Made by a program: the position numbers and the translations under genes. Source: Octopus vulgaris (lineage: Eukaryota). From it: a stretch of 64,000 bases of DNA. The notes under the pieces were generated by a model. That model saw nothing but the letters and a program-made list of their open reading frames with translations, made no database searches and was not told the origin of the DNA. Within the stretch, counting starts at the first letter, position 1. Every line of letters starts with the position of its first letter. The stretch spans positions 40,052,001-40,116,000 of the forward strand of contig OX597829.1 of NCBI GenBank assembly GCA_951406725.2, given 5' to 3'. This document shows positions 12,614 to 28,849 of the stretch, piece after piece.

Positions 12614-12876
12614 ATAATAAAAATAGATGCGCCCTCTTTTAAAGCCTAGCCAGGCTCATGGGTCTGGTTTCCTGGTTTCTATGGCGTATGTGTTACCCGG
12701 CTGGATGGGACGCCAGTCCATCGCAGCGTTACTCATTTTTGCCAGCTGAGTGGACTGTAGCAACGTGAAATGAAGTATTTTGCTCAAGAACACAACACAC
12801 CGCCTGGTCCAGGAATCGAAACCACAATCTTACGATCATGATGCTGACACCCTAACCACTACGCCATGCGCCTCCA
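12614..12876 (-). mobile_element. tRNA-derived SINE family C with TSD
   Basis: Minus head GGAGGCGCATGGCGTAGTGGTTAGG...GGTTTCGATTCC; GCGATGGACTGGCGTCCCATCCAG domain; CTACAAGA(A/T)AAT on both flanks. Confidence 0.85.
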
Positions 12877-12959
12877 CCTACAAGATAATGGTGTAGTTAA
12901 TTCATTTATATACACTTCTGTATAACTTGACTGTACTCGCCACCACCCATTGCATCTTT

Positions 12960-13312
12960 GCTATCTTCTTTCTTTCTGTCTATCTCTTATTTCCTCTCTC
13001 CTCCTCTCCTCCTCTCTTCCCACTTCTTTCTATCTGTCTCTTCCATCCCTCTCTCCTCCTTCTTTCTCTCTCCTACTACTCTCTCTCCTCCTTACTCTCT
13101 CTCTCGTCTTTCCCTCTCTCTTCCTTCTCTCTCTCCTCCATTTCTCTTTCTCTCTCTCCTCCTTCTTTCTCTCTCTTACTACTCTTTCTCCTCCTTACTC
13201 TCTCTCTCTCTCTTCCTTCTCTCTCTCCTCCTTACTCCCTCTCTCATCTTTCTTTCTCCTCTCTCCTTCTCTATCTCTCCTCCATTTCTCTCTCTTTCTA
13301 TCTCTCCTTCTC
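12960..13312. repeat. CT-rich low-complexity tract
   Basis: Direct reading. Confidence 0.9.
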
Positions 13313-13656
13313 TCCAACTGAGTTTACCATGTATCTCCTTTACTGCCAGACACCTGTTTCTGTCCCAGTACTCTAACCTCTCATCTAGCACAAAGCCACC
13401 TTTCACATGTCAGTTGAGGGTGTGTGTATGTGTGATGGGAGGGGTCTTGACAAGTAAATTATTTGGTGATTTCACTGGTATTGGTACCACATAAAAAGCA
13501 GCTGGTACACACTCTGTAAAGTGGTTGGCATTAGGAAGGGCATCCAGCCATAGAAACCATACAAAAACAGATAGCAGAGCTTAGCACTGTCTCCTGACTT
13601 ACCTGCGCTTGTCAAACTATCCAATCCATGCCAGCATGGAAGGAGTACATTAATTC

Positions 13657-13719
13657 ATGATGATGATGATGATGATGATGACGATGATGTTGATGATGAT
13701 GAGGGTGATGATGATGACA

Positions 13720-13776
<57 letters not shown>

Positions 13777-13975
13777 GTGATGACAATGATGGTGATGGGG
13801 GTGGTGGTGATGGTGGTGATGGTGATGACAAAGATGATGATGATGATGGTGGCCATGGTGATGACAATGATGATGATGGTGGTGGTGGTGATGATGATAT
13901 TGGCCATGGTGATGACAATGATGATGATGATGATGATGATGATGATGTTGGTGGTGGTGATGACGATGGTGATGA
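13657..13975. repeat. (GAT)n/(GGT)n tract following a decayed LINE tail (13480-13655)
   Basis: Direct reading. Confidence 0.9.
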
Positions 13976-14439
13976 CTGCATTAATAATCATTATATTGAC
14001 ACAAATAATCTGCTAGCTAAAGGGTTAATGTTTTCAAGACATTTAAATTAAAACCTTTCATCAAAATTCTATATTAATTTATGTTCCTAACACCAGTATA
14101 ATAATGACAAAAGTTATTTTATTAGAATCTTCATTATTAGAAAAAAAAAAAAAAATTAATTGAAACAAAGGGCAGCATTCTTTAGCGGCAATACGGTAGT
14201 GAAAGGGTTAGAGATCTGCTTAAGTAGTGCTGAAACGGAAAGACTACAGACATCTAATTCTTCAAATACAAAGCCTCAACACAAATATTATTGCAACAAG
14301 TAAGCAGCTTCTCTGAGAGGGAAAAAAAGAAATACTTCCATGGAAGTGTTTTAAAGGTTATCATCATCATTATCATCATCATCAACACCATTGTTGTCAT
14401 CATAATTCTCATCACCATCATCACCATCATCATCATCGC

Positions 14440-14627
14440 CATGTGTATCGTTGGTGATTTTTTTTCTCCGGCTTCCCTTCTTTGGACTCTTTCTATATTT
14501 CTGATGAAGAGCTCCACTCGAAATATGAAATCCTCTTTTGTTTCTTTCCTTTCCTGAGCATCCAATAACACTGTACATATTCCACGTCCTCTCATTGTTG
14601 TTTTTTCTTGCTTGTTCATGTCTAGAT

Positions 14628-14632
<5 letters not shown>
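14440..14632 (+). mobile_element. Short pLTR-like element with minimal hammerhead (14501-14523)
   Basis: CTGATGA A GAG CTCCA CTC GAAA; homologous to 51300-51510; ends at (TA)n. Confidence 0.7.
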
Positions 14633-14677
<45 letters not shown>

Positions 14678-14699
14678 CATAGATATATATATATGTATA

Positions 14700-14996
14700 T
14701 TGTCCTTGCATAACAGGCATGTCCCTTGCATCCCTCTACGCTAAGCATTCCTAATCTTGCAGGTTCCATCGTGGATGCTGGTGCCATATGAAAAGCACTT
14801 GTACAGGTGCCACACATAAATGCACTTGTGCAAGTGCTGCATTAAAGCACCCATGACACACTCAGAGTGGTAGGCATTAGGAAGGGCATCCAACCATAGA
14901 GATCATACCAAATCAAACATGGAGCCTGGGCAGCTCCTGTCAAACCATCCAACCCATGCCAGCATGGAAAAGCTGACGTTAAATGATGATGATGAT
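14700..14996 (+). mobile_element. Decayed LINE 3' tail
   Basis: AGGAAGGGCATCC...CCAACCCATGCCAGCATGGAAAAG...(GAT)n. Confidence 0.7.
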
Positions 14997-15015
14997 ACTA
15001 TACATACATACATGC

Positions 15016-15180
<165 letters not shown>

Positions 15181-16160
15181 ATATATATATATATGAATAA
15201 AAATAAATATATATATATATATATATAACATAAAAGTATAATTCCATATATTGTTCCATACATCAACTGTGCTGAACAGCTGTTTTATTAAGATAAACAT
15301 AATGATAAATAATTAATCTACATTAAATTAATTTAATTTAAATTAATTTAAAACTTTATCAACATCATCAGAAAAACCATTCGCTTTTCTGATTAACATA
15401 ACACAACATTCCTGATGTTTTGGATAAGTGCAGGCTTTTTAATTAGATTTAATTTAATTTAATTGATTATGTATTACAATTATCTAATTATACTTTCTGT
15501 GTTGTTTATCTTAACAAAGCAGCTGTATTAAATTATTAATTAAAGTTTGAACTGTTTAGGAAATTTCTACATTTGTGCCTTTATGCAAAATATGTTGATC
15601 TTAAAGATCTTTTTAGCAGATTATGTATACAGTGCATACAAGTTGGCCTCAATGTGATTTAGTGTTGGACTTAATGATGTATGACTAATTGAGATCTTAA
15701 TTACCTTAGATTTATCCTTTGATGTTTATACATTACTTCTCTATAGAGATATACATACGTACACAATAAATTGATAGATAGATAGATACATACATACATA
15801 CATACATACATACATACATACAAATATACATACAAAAATACATATGGATATATATACATATATACAAATCTACATACATAGAAATATACATACAAATATA
15901 TATATATATATATAATACAAATAAGAAAATGGAGGAACAAATTCATTTCGATCATCAAGTTACCCTCATAACTCCTATCTTACTTTGTACTATATATATG
16001 TATATATATATTCAAAACGATCTCGAACACACAAGTGCAAACAAGAGAGACAGAGAAAGGCAGAAACAAGAAAAATGCCACTTATATTTGAACACTATAC
16101 AAATATTCCTTTAAAAAAACTTTTCTTTTAATTTTTCTAAATTTAATTACTTAATCGTTA

Positions 16161-16198
16161 CAGTTGAAAAGGTCTCAAAATGACCGAAACCGGTACTG
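16161..16198 (+). ncRNA. Candidate minimal hammerhead ribozyme, U3:A8 core
   Basis: CAG TTGAAAA GGTC TCAAAAT GACC GAAA CCGG TA CTG. Confidence 0.65.
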
Positions 16199-16244
16199 AA
16201 ATGTTCTTTATAAAATCATTTTAGCATTTTCTATTTTGACTTAT

Positions 16245-16320
<76 letters not shown>

Positions 16321-16378
16321 ATATAGGTATATAGACATACACACAGATATATAGATATATATACATAATTACAAATAG

Positions 16379-16411
<33 letters not shown>

Positions 16412-16751
16412 ACATATATATAGATAGATGATAGATACATATATATATATACATACATATATACATACAAGTATACATGTATAGAAATATACAAACAAAT
16501 ATATATATATACATACTTATAAATATACATACATACTATCGCTTGACAACTGATGTTGATGTATTTACGCATCCGTAACTTAGAGGTTTGACAAAAGAAA
16601 CCGATAGAATAAGTATTAGGCTTACAAAGAATATGTTCGACTAATGGCAGTGCTCCAGCATGGCCACAGTCAAATGACTGAAACAATTAGAAGAATAAAA
16701 GAATAGAATACAAATATACATATAAGTATATATACATACAAATATACATAT

Positions 16752-18158
16752 ATGAAGGGGTACCCAAAAGTAACTGGGAACGTTTTCTGCATGACAAACC
16801 CGTCGTTGTTCAGGCTTCTACTGCTAGCAGTCACTTGCTGCAACCCTCAAGCATCAGTCTACCAACCGGCATTGTCGGCTGGAGTCGTACTGCCACGTGA
16901 TGCATTTTTGTTCGTCGGTTTTTGCGATGGCTGAAACAAAGGAATAGCGTGTTTCCGTTAAATTCTGTTTTCTGCTGGGGAAAACGGTCTCCAAAATTGT
17001 TGTAAAGCTTCAAACAGCTTACAAGGACGCTGCCATGAGCAAAACACAAGATTCTGAGTGGTTTCCACGTTTTAGGAAGACCAAGCTTCAAACAGCTTAC
17101 AAGGACGCTGCCATGAGCAAAACACAAGATTCTGAGTGGTTTCCACGCTTTAGGAAGACCAACATCGTTCGAGACGACCAGTGACCTTTGGAATGAATGA
17201 AAACATCATGAAAATTCATGAAATGATCTTGGAAGACGATCACCAAACAATTGAAAAACTTGTTGATATGACTGGTATGTTCTGGAGCCTCTACCATCGA
17301 ATTTTCAACAAGGAATTGTGAATGAAAAGAGTTGTAGCAAAATTTGTGCTCGCTTTCTCATGGAAGATCAAAAGCAATCACGACTGAATGTGCGTCGTGA
17401 ACTGAGAGTATGGTTGGAAGTTGTCCGGACCATTTTTTTCGAAGGTCATCACTGGTGACGGAAGCAGGTGCGATAGAACTTGCAGATGTGGAAGAGGTGA
17501 AGAAAAAATGATGGATGTGTAACAGGATGAAGGTCTCAGGCACACTTGAGGGGTGTCTGTCTTATCTTGTCACATACAATTGTCGAAGGGAAAACCAAAA
17601 TCCGACAGTCTTCAATAGCAATAAATAATACTTTATTTTTTTTCAGGGTTTCGCAAATACAAAATATATACACATATATTTTCCTTAAGGGCGAACCGGT
17701 AGCCAAGTCCACAAGACTGTTCGCAAATATTCACTTGGGTGAGCCAAAATTACTGTCTTCGTTCCCGCTTAGAAGAGAGCTTCTCTATATGTAGGGTTTT
17801 CCCTGAAAGAAGGTTGGTCACGTCCACTCGGTAGGGTTGCTGATTCAAAACGACAGATTTAGCGGGAACACTTTCAGTTTGCAGTTCTCTGCGCATGCGC
17901 ATGAGTGAACTTCCGGCGGTCTACCGGAAGTAATCCAACTCTGCGCATGCGCGCTGAAAACTTCTCAAAATAGCGTCACTACAGATGCATTAAAAGGCAT
18001 CACATCGCAATGATTCTTGCACTGCTTGAAATAGTGGAAAACACGCCGGGGCCGATGCGTTGTTTCAAGTACTTTGAAGGTGATAAAAGTGTAAACGTGT
18101 AAAACTAAGTGAATGAAATAACATTGCAAAGTTCCGTTTTTTTGGGGTACCCCCTTGT
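16752..18158 (+). mobile_element. Internally deleted mariner relic containing a solo LTR
   Basis: TIRs GAAGGGGTACCCAAAA / TTTTGGGGTACCCCCTTG; N-terminal KFCFLLGKT...EWFPRF with a 78-bp tandem duplication (17005-17160); C-terminal ALKGI...YFEGDK. Confidence 0.8.
17518..17983 (-). mobile_element. Solo LTR (466 bp) with 4-bp TSD GATG
   Basis: TG...CA ends, GATG on both sides, AATAAA on the minus strand; removing it rejoins the mariner sequence. Confidence 0.8.
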
Positions 18159-18161
18159 AGA

Positions 18162-18201
<40 letters not shown>

Positions 18202-18323
18202 TACAAATATGCATACAAATATACATACACACACACACACATATATATACATATATATGCATACATGCAAATATCTATACATACAAATATACATACATAT
18301 AAATATACATACATACATATATA

Positions 18324-19178
18324 CGTGGTCTAATCAATAAGTATCCAGGTTGTTGCCATGATAACGAATCTAAAGCACGCCGAGTAAAGCCACTTGGCAC
18401 AGATTGACCTTGAACTCTGCTCTGCCTGCGCACTAAGTTTCAACGTTCTAGATCACTTCTGCCGTTTACAGCAGTTCTTGGAAGAAACGTGTGTAGCGTG
18501 TGATCGTCAGATTGACCATCAAATTTTGCCCAAAAGCTTGGTGGTACCTTCTCAGAGACCTACGGAAATTTTTCAAAAAGTTTTCATTGTTCTTGACACA
18601 ATGAAGAAGATCTTGTGCAACTGAAACCCGAGTGTCCTTTTGGTCAGCTGAAAACAGCTTTGGCACAAACTTGGTAGACACGCATCTCATACCCAAATAT
18701 TCAGTGATAATGGACCGAACCGAACTGTAACTAATCTGCACGTCCTCTGATAACTCACGGATGGTGATTCAACGATTTTCCCTCACAGCTGCACCCACAT
18801 CTGCGTAGTTTTTCTCACTTCTGCTGGTTGCGGGTCTCCCGGAACGTTCGTTACTGTCGACATTTTTCGACCATTTTGGAAACATCTGAACCACTCATAT
18901 ACATGTGTGCAATTCATACACTCCTCTCCATACACTTTCTGTAACTTTCCGTAGGAATCTGAGCAGATGTCGCCATGACAGCATTCTCTGTCATGCTCAA
19001 TGTGACGATCACACGTTACACACCTTCCTTCCAAACACTGCTGTAAGCAACAGAAGTGAGCTAAAACGTTAAAACTTGGTGCGCATGCACAGCAGAGTTA
19101 ACGGTCAAGCAGCTTCACCCTGCATGCTTTAGCTTCGTTACTATGGCAACAGTCCGGATACTTATTGACCAGACCTTG
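18324..19178 (-). mobile_element. Internally deleted mariner with ~200-bp imperfect TIRs
   Basis: GGTCTAATCAATAAGTATCC / GGATACTTATTGACCAGACC; minus fragments VYEWFRCFQNGR and LGMRCVSTKFVPKLF. Confidence 0.8.
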
Positions 19179-19214
19179 TGTGTGTATATATGTATATATA
19201 TATATATATACAAC

Positions 19215-20480
<1,266 letters not shown>

Positions 20481-20487
20481 CACATGC

Positions 20488-20741
20488 ACACATACATACA
20501 TATATGTACACACCTACATCTATATGTATATATACATGCATATATATATGTGAGAACAGGACACCACAAATAAACGTAGAACACAACGAGAAACGAAAAC
20601 ATAAAAACAAACAAGGAAACGGACTTTTTTTAACAACGAAAAAACAGAGTCCAAGACAAACATGTACTCTGTTTGTTCCTTGTTTGTTTTTATGTTTTCG
20701 TTTCTCGTTGTGTTCTACGTTTATTTGTGGTGTCCTGTACT

Positions 20742-20805
<64 letters not shown>

Positions 20806-20830
20806 TGTATATATACATATAGATGTAGAT
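20488..20830. repeat. Inverted duplication of the end of a repeat family also at 31750-32180 and 39920-40320
   Basis: ACAGGACACCACAAATAAACGTAGAACACAACGAGAAACG and its reverse complement. Confidence 0.8.
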
Positions 20831-21010
20831 ATCTCTTTTATCTTTTAATTGTTTCAGAGTACCGCCTTTAGTCGAGCAATTCCACCCCGGGACTTATTCT
20901 TTGTAACCCCAGTACTTATTCTATCGGTCGCTAGGTGACGGAGACGTAAACACACCAGCATCGGTTGTCAAGCAATGCTAGGGGGACAAACACAGACACA
21001 CAAACACACA

Positions 21011-21891
<881 letters not shown>

Positions 21892-21898
21892 TATATTT

Positions 21899-22065
21899 TA
21901 CTGAGGAAGGCTGGTTTATGGGATTTCCCGTCCATAAAAGGTTTAACTTTACGGCGTGTCATCAGACCCCGACCCCAAAGCCTGTTCGCCTACGCCCTTA
22001 GGCCCACAGGTTTTGGGGTCTGACAATACGTCATAAAGTTAAACTCTTAATGCCCTTCCCCAGTA
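21899..22065. repeat. Imperfect ~165-bp fold-back element
   Basis: TACTGAGGAAGG/CCTTCCCCAGTA, TTTAACTTTA/TAAAGTTAAA, TCAGACCCC/GGGGTCTGA. Confidence 0.7.
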
Positions 22066-24529
22066 ATTTTATATATATATACTATTAAAAGTCAGATTAA
22101 ATCTTGCTTGCTTGCAATGTTACTCTGATGTATAATGGAAAATACTATGAATTAAGTTGACCTTGAAGTGTTAAAACGAACAGGATGAAACAAGTTTCGC
22201 GTAAATCGATAAAGTGGATTTCGAGGTATTAGACGCTTTCGGGGGTATAAATACCCAAAACGTTTCATAATGCGAAAATATTCCGAAAAAAATCTTTCTA
22301 TCAGACACAGTGAATTGACAATGAAAAATATATGATTTAAACACAATATTTTAATCATTTAGAAATATTTTTAAGTGAATGTGATTTCAGAAATGTGAGT
22401 TATTTGTACAGTAAGTATTTATATTTTAGCTTTCTTTAAACAGCCAATATTTTAATGTTTTTAAAATTATTTTCAAGTGAATACCATTACAAAAATTTTT
22501 GAGGCATATTTTTAAAATATTCTAAAGTGAAAATGACTTTATAAATACAGAAGATATTTCGTAAAAGAGCCGTTTGTAACCTCAGTGTAAAATAGTTTTT
22601 TCCATAGATTTTTTTGGAGTGCATTCAACGTACCTCGCCTCCAAAGATTTGGCTGCTATTTCTAGCACGCTCTGCTACCTCATTATAGCTCTTTGCGATA
22701 TAAAGGACCCAAAATACCTGTTACGTGGTAGCAGGGCGTGCAAGAAATAGCAGCCAAATCTTTCCTTTTCTGGGGAAAGGAGCCGTTTACGCGTTATTTC
22801 GATGTGACGTTCGGTGAAGACATGCGAAATAACCTGGAAAGCATCGCAGGATGGATGAATCAAAAACCTCAGTCAAGATGTATTTCATTTCAAGTTATTT
22901 TTGTCTTGATTATAAGCTCCTCACATCTTGTTATATGTCTATATTGAGAGCAATGATCCAAACAAAGATGTCCTCTCTCATTGCTTTCCTTACATTGACA
23001 TCGTTACTAACAACATATCTTCTGCATCATATTGGAAATGTTACTAAAAAATCTGAACTAAACTCGAGTCCCTTCCAATCAGTTTGCCTGGTATCCAGCA
23101 AGTCTCAGGGATTGATTGAAGACAGGACATATATCATTATCATTTAATGTCCATTTTTCCATTCTTGCACGAACCAGACAGAATTTCTTGAGGCAGATTT
23201 TCTATAGCTTGATGCCCTTCTTGTTGCCAACCTTCTCTTACTTTCCCATAATGCGGCATGTTTTTCATAGAAGATGATGAAACAAATTTAAACTTTCACA
23301 TGTCGTTTAGACAAGGGTACGTGCAAATACACACAGGTATGTATTTATATGACTATACAACCGGATCTCAAGAAACGGCCGTAGGATTATTAACTGGATT
23401 ATTAACACCCAAACTATTTATATTCTAGACTCTTAACTCCTTTCATGATTTCATTTTATAATCTGTAAGTTGACCTATATATGTATCTTTTTTTTCTTCA
23501 CAAATGTAAATAAACCCAATCTGTTTCTTAAACGAGGGACCAATTCATACGCTACAGAATGATTTTTAACTCAATAGAGGTAACTGATTGGTTGAAATTG
23601 CAGAAATTGAAGAAAAAACAACAACAAATATCTTACAAACTATAGAGTTTTCTCAATAAAGCCAAGAGAAAAAGATGTTTTATAAACACATTCTACCGGT
23701 ATACGAAGTTTAAAATTTTTTAGTTACCTAGAAATTATGTTAAAAACTGCCGTTCAAACCGAAAAGATCCGTATGTATCTATGTATTTATATATTTTTTA
23801 TATATCTATATATTTTTTATATATTTGATGTATTACATATACTTATAGAGAAATTCCTGCATGTTGGGTCTAGGGCTGAATAAATATAAATGTTTATGTA
23901 AACTTGATTTTCCTAACTTTGATTCTTACTGCGACATTATTCTAACGCCTCGGGTTTGAATATCTTCAGCACTTCAAAGTGAAGTCTATGCATTGGAGAA
24001 AATTTTTTTCCTTATGGTCATATATATAGTTCTGTGTGTGTACGTGTGCATACATATATATGTGTATGTGCGTGTGATTGTGTGTGTATATAGATATACT
24101 TATGTATATGCATGTAAGTCACTTCAAAAAATCTTCGATCGAATAACACCGTTTACGTGACTCTGTGCTTGGAAAGACCAATTATAAACACCATTGGAAC
24201 TCACACGCAAGGTACAGGAAACTTATATGTATACCATTGTGCTTAAATAAGGTAACTGCAAATGCAATATCCTTACATATCTCACGTCTGTTTCCATTCC
24301 TCCACTTTACTCTGTATTTCATATCTTCTCTATAATAACCATTACTTAAACATTTTCTCGCACCATCTCTGATGAAGGGATATATAAAATATCCCGGAAA
24401 CAGCTGTAAGACCTCTTTATAAATGTTCTGAAAACTATTCACAGCCTTGAGTTTTTTTTATCTCATTCTGTTAATTTATATATATATATATATATCATCG
24501 CTTAACGTCCATTTTCCATTCCAACCAAT

Positions 24530-27500
24530 TAATTTATTATCGAGAATTTTCAGTGAAAGAAATTCCCTGCTCAGTACTCGTTGGCAGCATTTTAAATTAG
24601 TTAAAAAAGATGAAAATTTCGTCACCAATACTGGGGTCGTTAACAGAGAATGTGAAAAATTCAAATTTAAGGAATTAGCCCCGTGTTTGTTCAAATGTCT
24701 AATTTTTGTTCAAGGGATAACAGCAAGAAAAGATGCTGATATACGCTCCATTATGTCAACAAAATTAGCACAAGACCAAAAATTAACTCTGCAGGCAGTG
24801 GCTGAAGTATTCCAGAAGATTATAAATTTAAGACAATGACGCGGATAAAATTGAAAATATTACTCTCAGACACATGCGTGTCAATCTGAAACGGATATGA
24901 AAAAGGATAAACGAACGTCTAGATCAAATCTAAGCTATGGGTTCGGAGATTTACATTTTAGAAGTAGTTGTCCTTTTGAAAATTGTAAATATGCTGAGTG
25001 TCGAAAATCGGACATAGAAGCTCACATAAAAGCGAAACAAAAAAAAAGGGTCAAACAAAAAAAATTCTAGAAAGAATGTATTGTTAACAAGAATTGTAAG
25101 CGAGGCTCAGAAACGAAAACTTGTGTCCACAAAGATGAATAATGTGAATATTAAGATACAATTCGATACGGGCAATGATATTACGATAATTAATACAGAT
25201 ACACGGAGAAGAATAGGGAAACCTTGATTAAAGGAAACTTCGAAAATTGCGCGAGGTGTTTCAGGGAAAATAATTGCCTTTTATGGGCCAAATGATATGT
25301 GATGTTACATTTCGTGGAAAAACCTTGAAAGTTAAAGTTTTTGTGTTGAAAATACGACAAATTTATTTGGAACAGACTGGATGAAACTATTTAACTTATG
25401 GGACTTCTTCATAAATATTTTTTTGTAAAAATGTGAATGTTTCTTCAGCCTGTACAGATAAGGTGTCAGAGGATATTTTTTAAAAAATTATTTTTCCTGA
25501 AGTTTTTTTCTGATGAATTGGGTCTTTTGCACCAAAATAGAGGCGAAGTTCCAAGTGAAAGAAAATGCTATAGCGGTTTTTAAATAAAAAACGAACGGTA
25601 CCTTTCGCAGCGTTGAAACATGTCAACGAAGAATTGGATAGACTTGAAAAGCTTGGCGTTATTGAAAAAATTAGTTACACAAAATGGGCGTCCCCAACAA
25701 TTTATGTCAAGAAAAAAAATTCAAGTATGCGTTGATTTCTCAACGGAATTAAACGAATATTTGATGCCATATAATTACCCGTTACCAAGTCTGGAGGAAA
25801 TGTTCACAAAATTGAATGGAGGAAATTTTTTTTCAAAGTTGGACCTATCTGAAGCATATTTGCAGGTAAAAATCGATGAGGAATGTTCAAAATTATTGAC
25901 AATAAATAACCATAAAGGGTAGTATAAACTTAATCGACTCTCTTTTGGTATAAAGGTAGCATGTGACATTTTCCAACAAGTTATGGACATTATGCTCACA
26001 GGCTCGGGTTTAGCTGTAGCTTACCTTGACGACATATTCATAAAAAGTGAATCTCGGGGTCAGTATGCTGAGCATGTTAAAAAGGTCTTCAAAAGAATTA
26101 TGATTATGTGTTTAAGCTCAGCAAGGAAAAGTGTGGATTTTTAATGCCAAGAATAAAATATCTAGGGCAGATTATTAATGAAAATGGACGCAGATGAGAC
26201 CCGTATAGGGCGAGTGCAATAAATAATATGCCACCCCCGAAAAACATTACAACGCTACAAGCGTTTCTGGGGCTCGCAAATTACTACCAGGTATACATAC
26301 CGAATATGCACGAGTTAAGAGCTTCCCTGAATAACTTATTTTAAAAAAGACGTGAAGTGAAAACTGGTCGGACAAATCCCAAAACGCTTTTGAAGATATT
26401 AAAAACGTCTTAACGTCGGAATTGTCGTTATCATATATTGACCCGAATTTAGAAATAGTAGTGGCATCAAACGCTGGAGAAAGTGGTATTGGAGCTGTGG
26501 TTTTACACAAGTATGAAGATGGTAGCCTGAATGCAGTATCTCATGCTTTGCATTCATTATTTCTGTGAAAAATTAGTCAAATAGAAACAGAGGCATTAGT
26601 TATCATGTTTGCGGTAAAAAAATTCCATAAATTTATACGTGGAAGAAGTTTCCATCTGTAGACAGACCATCGCACATTATTACCGATCTATGGATAAAAA
26701 AAAGTATCCCCACACATGCAGCAAATCGCAGCGCCGAGGAATGATCCTACTGAATTACGACTTCAAGATGGAGTATTTGCTATCTAAAAAATTGGGACAT
26801 CCAGATGGTTTGCCAAGGTTAATACCAAAATACAGTGAATCACTAGGAGACAGTTAAAAGCAGGAAAATTAAATAAAAAAATATATTGTGCAATGTTGTG
26901 CGTGAATTGCCTGTGACATTAGAGGAAATAAAAATTAAGGCAGAGACGAACGAGTTTATCATAAAAATGAAAAAAATAGTGAAATCAGAAGAAACAAAAA
27001 TAAAAAATACGTGTGGTTGGATGTAACGCAGTTTCGAATTTGTTTTCGACATGCCTACCTTACTACAAGGGCGAATGTTAAAGGAATTCCACACCGGAAA
27101 TCTAGGAATTTCTAAGATCGGGTCACTTATGAGGAATTATGTTTATTGGCCAAAATAGATCTAGATATTGAGAAGTTGGTAAAATCCTGCAGAGGTTGTG
27201 CTCTTGCAGCGAAATCACCACCTATAAAGTTTCAACCTTGGCCCAAGACCAATACTCCATGGTCCAGACTACACATAGACTTCGCAGGACGGTTAAACCG
27301 ATCATATTATCTAATAGAGGTACACAGCTTTTCAAAATGGCCAGAAATGTGTAAATGTAGAAAACTGACATCCACGGCAACTGTGGAATTTCTACACGAA
27401 CTTTTTTCTAGGTATGGTGTCCTGGACACCGTAGTCTCCGATAACGGTACACGATTCACGGCGAACGAATTTAAGAATTTTTGCAAGATGTACTGAATTG

Positions 27501-28382
27501 AACATATCACTACTCCCCTGCTTCACCCAAGATCAAACGGGCAAGCAGAAAGGTTCGTAGATACATTTAAAAGAGCATTAAAGAAATCAAGAAACGAGCT
27601 AGTCGATGACGCTGCATTGACACAATTCTTGAGAGTTTATAGGATAACACCAAACCCAAACACTTGTTCAGGCAAATCCCGGCGGAACGAATGTTTGCTC
27701 GAAAAATAAAGTAAATTTTCGACAAGCTGTTACCAGTAAAAACTACAAATAGGGAAAACGCTAAATATACGTCAAAGTATTTTAATATCGGTGACAAAGT
27801 GTTTTTCAAAATATATAAAAATGAAAGACAAGGTTGGGAAGACGGAGTATAAAAGAATAGGCAAAATGACATGTGATAAGAGGCGAAAATGGGAACACAA
27901 AAGACATTTCAACCAGCTGAAAAATAAATATACGCAAAAAAGAAAAGAGATACCCATGGAAGTGTTCTATGACACTTTTGATGTTCCTACGCCACAAAAA
28001 TTCGAACTTAGGCGTAGCAGCACAAGAAAGAGGAAAAAAAATGAAATATTAAACTTCCCTAAGAGAAAAATCTCAAAAAAGGAGACGTGGTGAAAGAAAA
28101 ATAAATAAAAATATTAACTTCCAACGGAAATCAATCACAAAGGGGGAGGTGTTGTGGGGTTGGAAGAATGGACTAGCCGAACTCTTATAAAGAGTCGCGT
28201 ATTGGTTGAGACGTGAGGTCTGTAGGAGTCGTCGAGGGGACATTTTAGAGTCTCACGCAGTACGTCATGTGAACACATTGATTTTACCTCCGCATACTTA
28301 AATTATATATCCAACGTGTGTTAAGGATGTAAAACACCCACACCCGTTGAAGAGAAGAGTAACCCTCGGAGGTACACTACCA
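24530..28382 (+). mobile_element. Degenerate Ty3/Gypsy retrotransposon (Mag/K02A2.6-like), 5' end missing
   Basis: Order gag (FKCLIFVQG), protease (DTG), RT (KLDLSEAYLQ, AYLDDI), RNase H (GIGAVVLH), integrase (CRGC, WSRLHIDFAG, VSDNG, SNGQAERFV); PPT AAAGGGGGAGG then 3' LTR ~28150-28382; many stops and frameshifts. Confidence 0.92.
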
Positions 28383-28654
28383 TTTCACTAATCCTTCTCC
28401 TCTAAAGCATATGTGAACTTAAATACTTGAGTAGTGTAGCTACGTATACATGTATGTGTGGGTGTGTACGCATGCATGTGTGTATGTAGGTATATATAAA
28501 TATACAGGTGTGAATGCATGTGCAAATATATGGGTACGTATGAACTAGAAAATATGTGTGTGTGTATGGTGACCTGTAAATTCCACCGTGGTAAATTACA
28601 CAATGGAAAATTCAACCAGATAAATTTCACCATAGGTGAAATCATCATCACCAC

Positions 28655-28699
<45 letters not shown>

Positions 28700-28849
28700 T
28701 ATTATTATTATTAGGGGTCGATAAATTAAGTAAAAGTTGTATACTGGGGTCGATCTAATCGATTGGCCCTCTCTCCCAAAATTTCGGGCCTTGTGCCTAG
28801 AGTAGAAAAGATTATTATTATTATTAAATCTCAGAACGAGATGTAAACA

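Larger units (their letters stand above)
12401..14210. mobile_element. Two nested TTAA-bounded (piggyBac-type) MITEs with later insertions
   Basis: TTAACCCTTT at 12401 and 12456; AAAGGGTTAA near 14019-14028 and AAAGGGTTAG near 14202-14211; inner element resembles 157-270 plus 687-797. Confidence 0.55.

Noticed and set aside
24530-28382. Active or domesticated Gypsy gene
   Set aside because: Numerous stops and frameshifts in every domain; 5' LTR missing.
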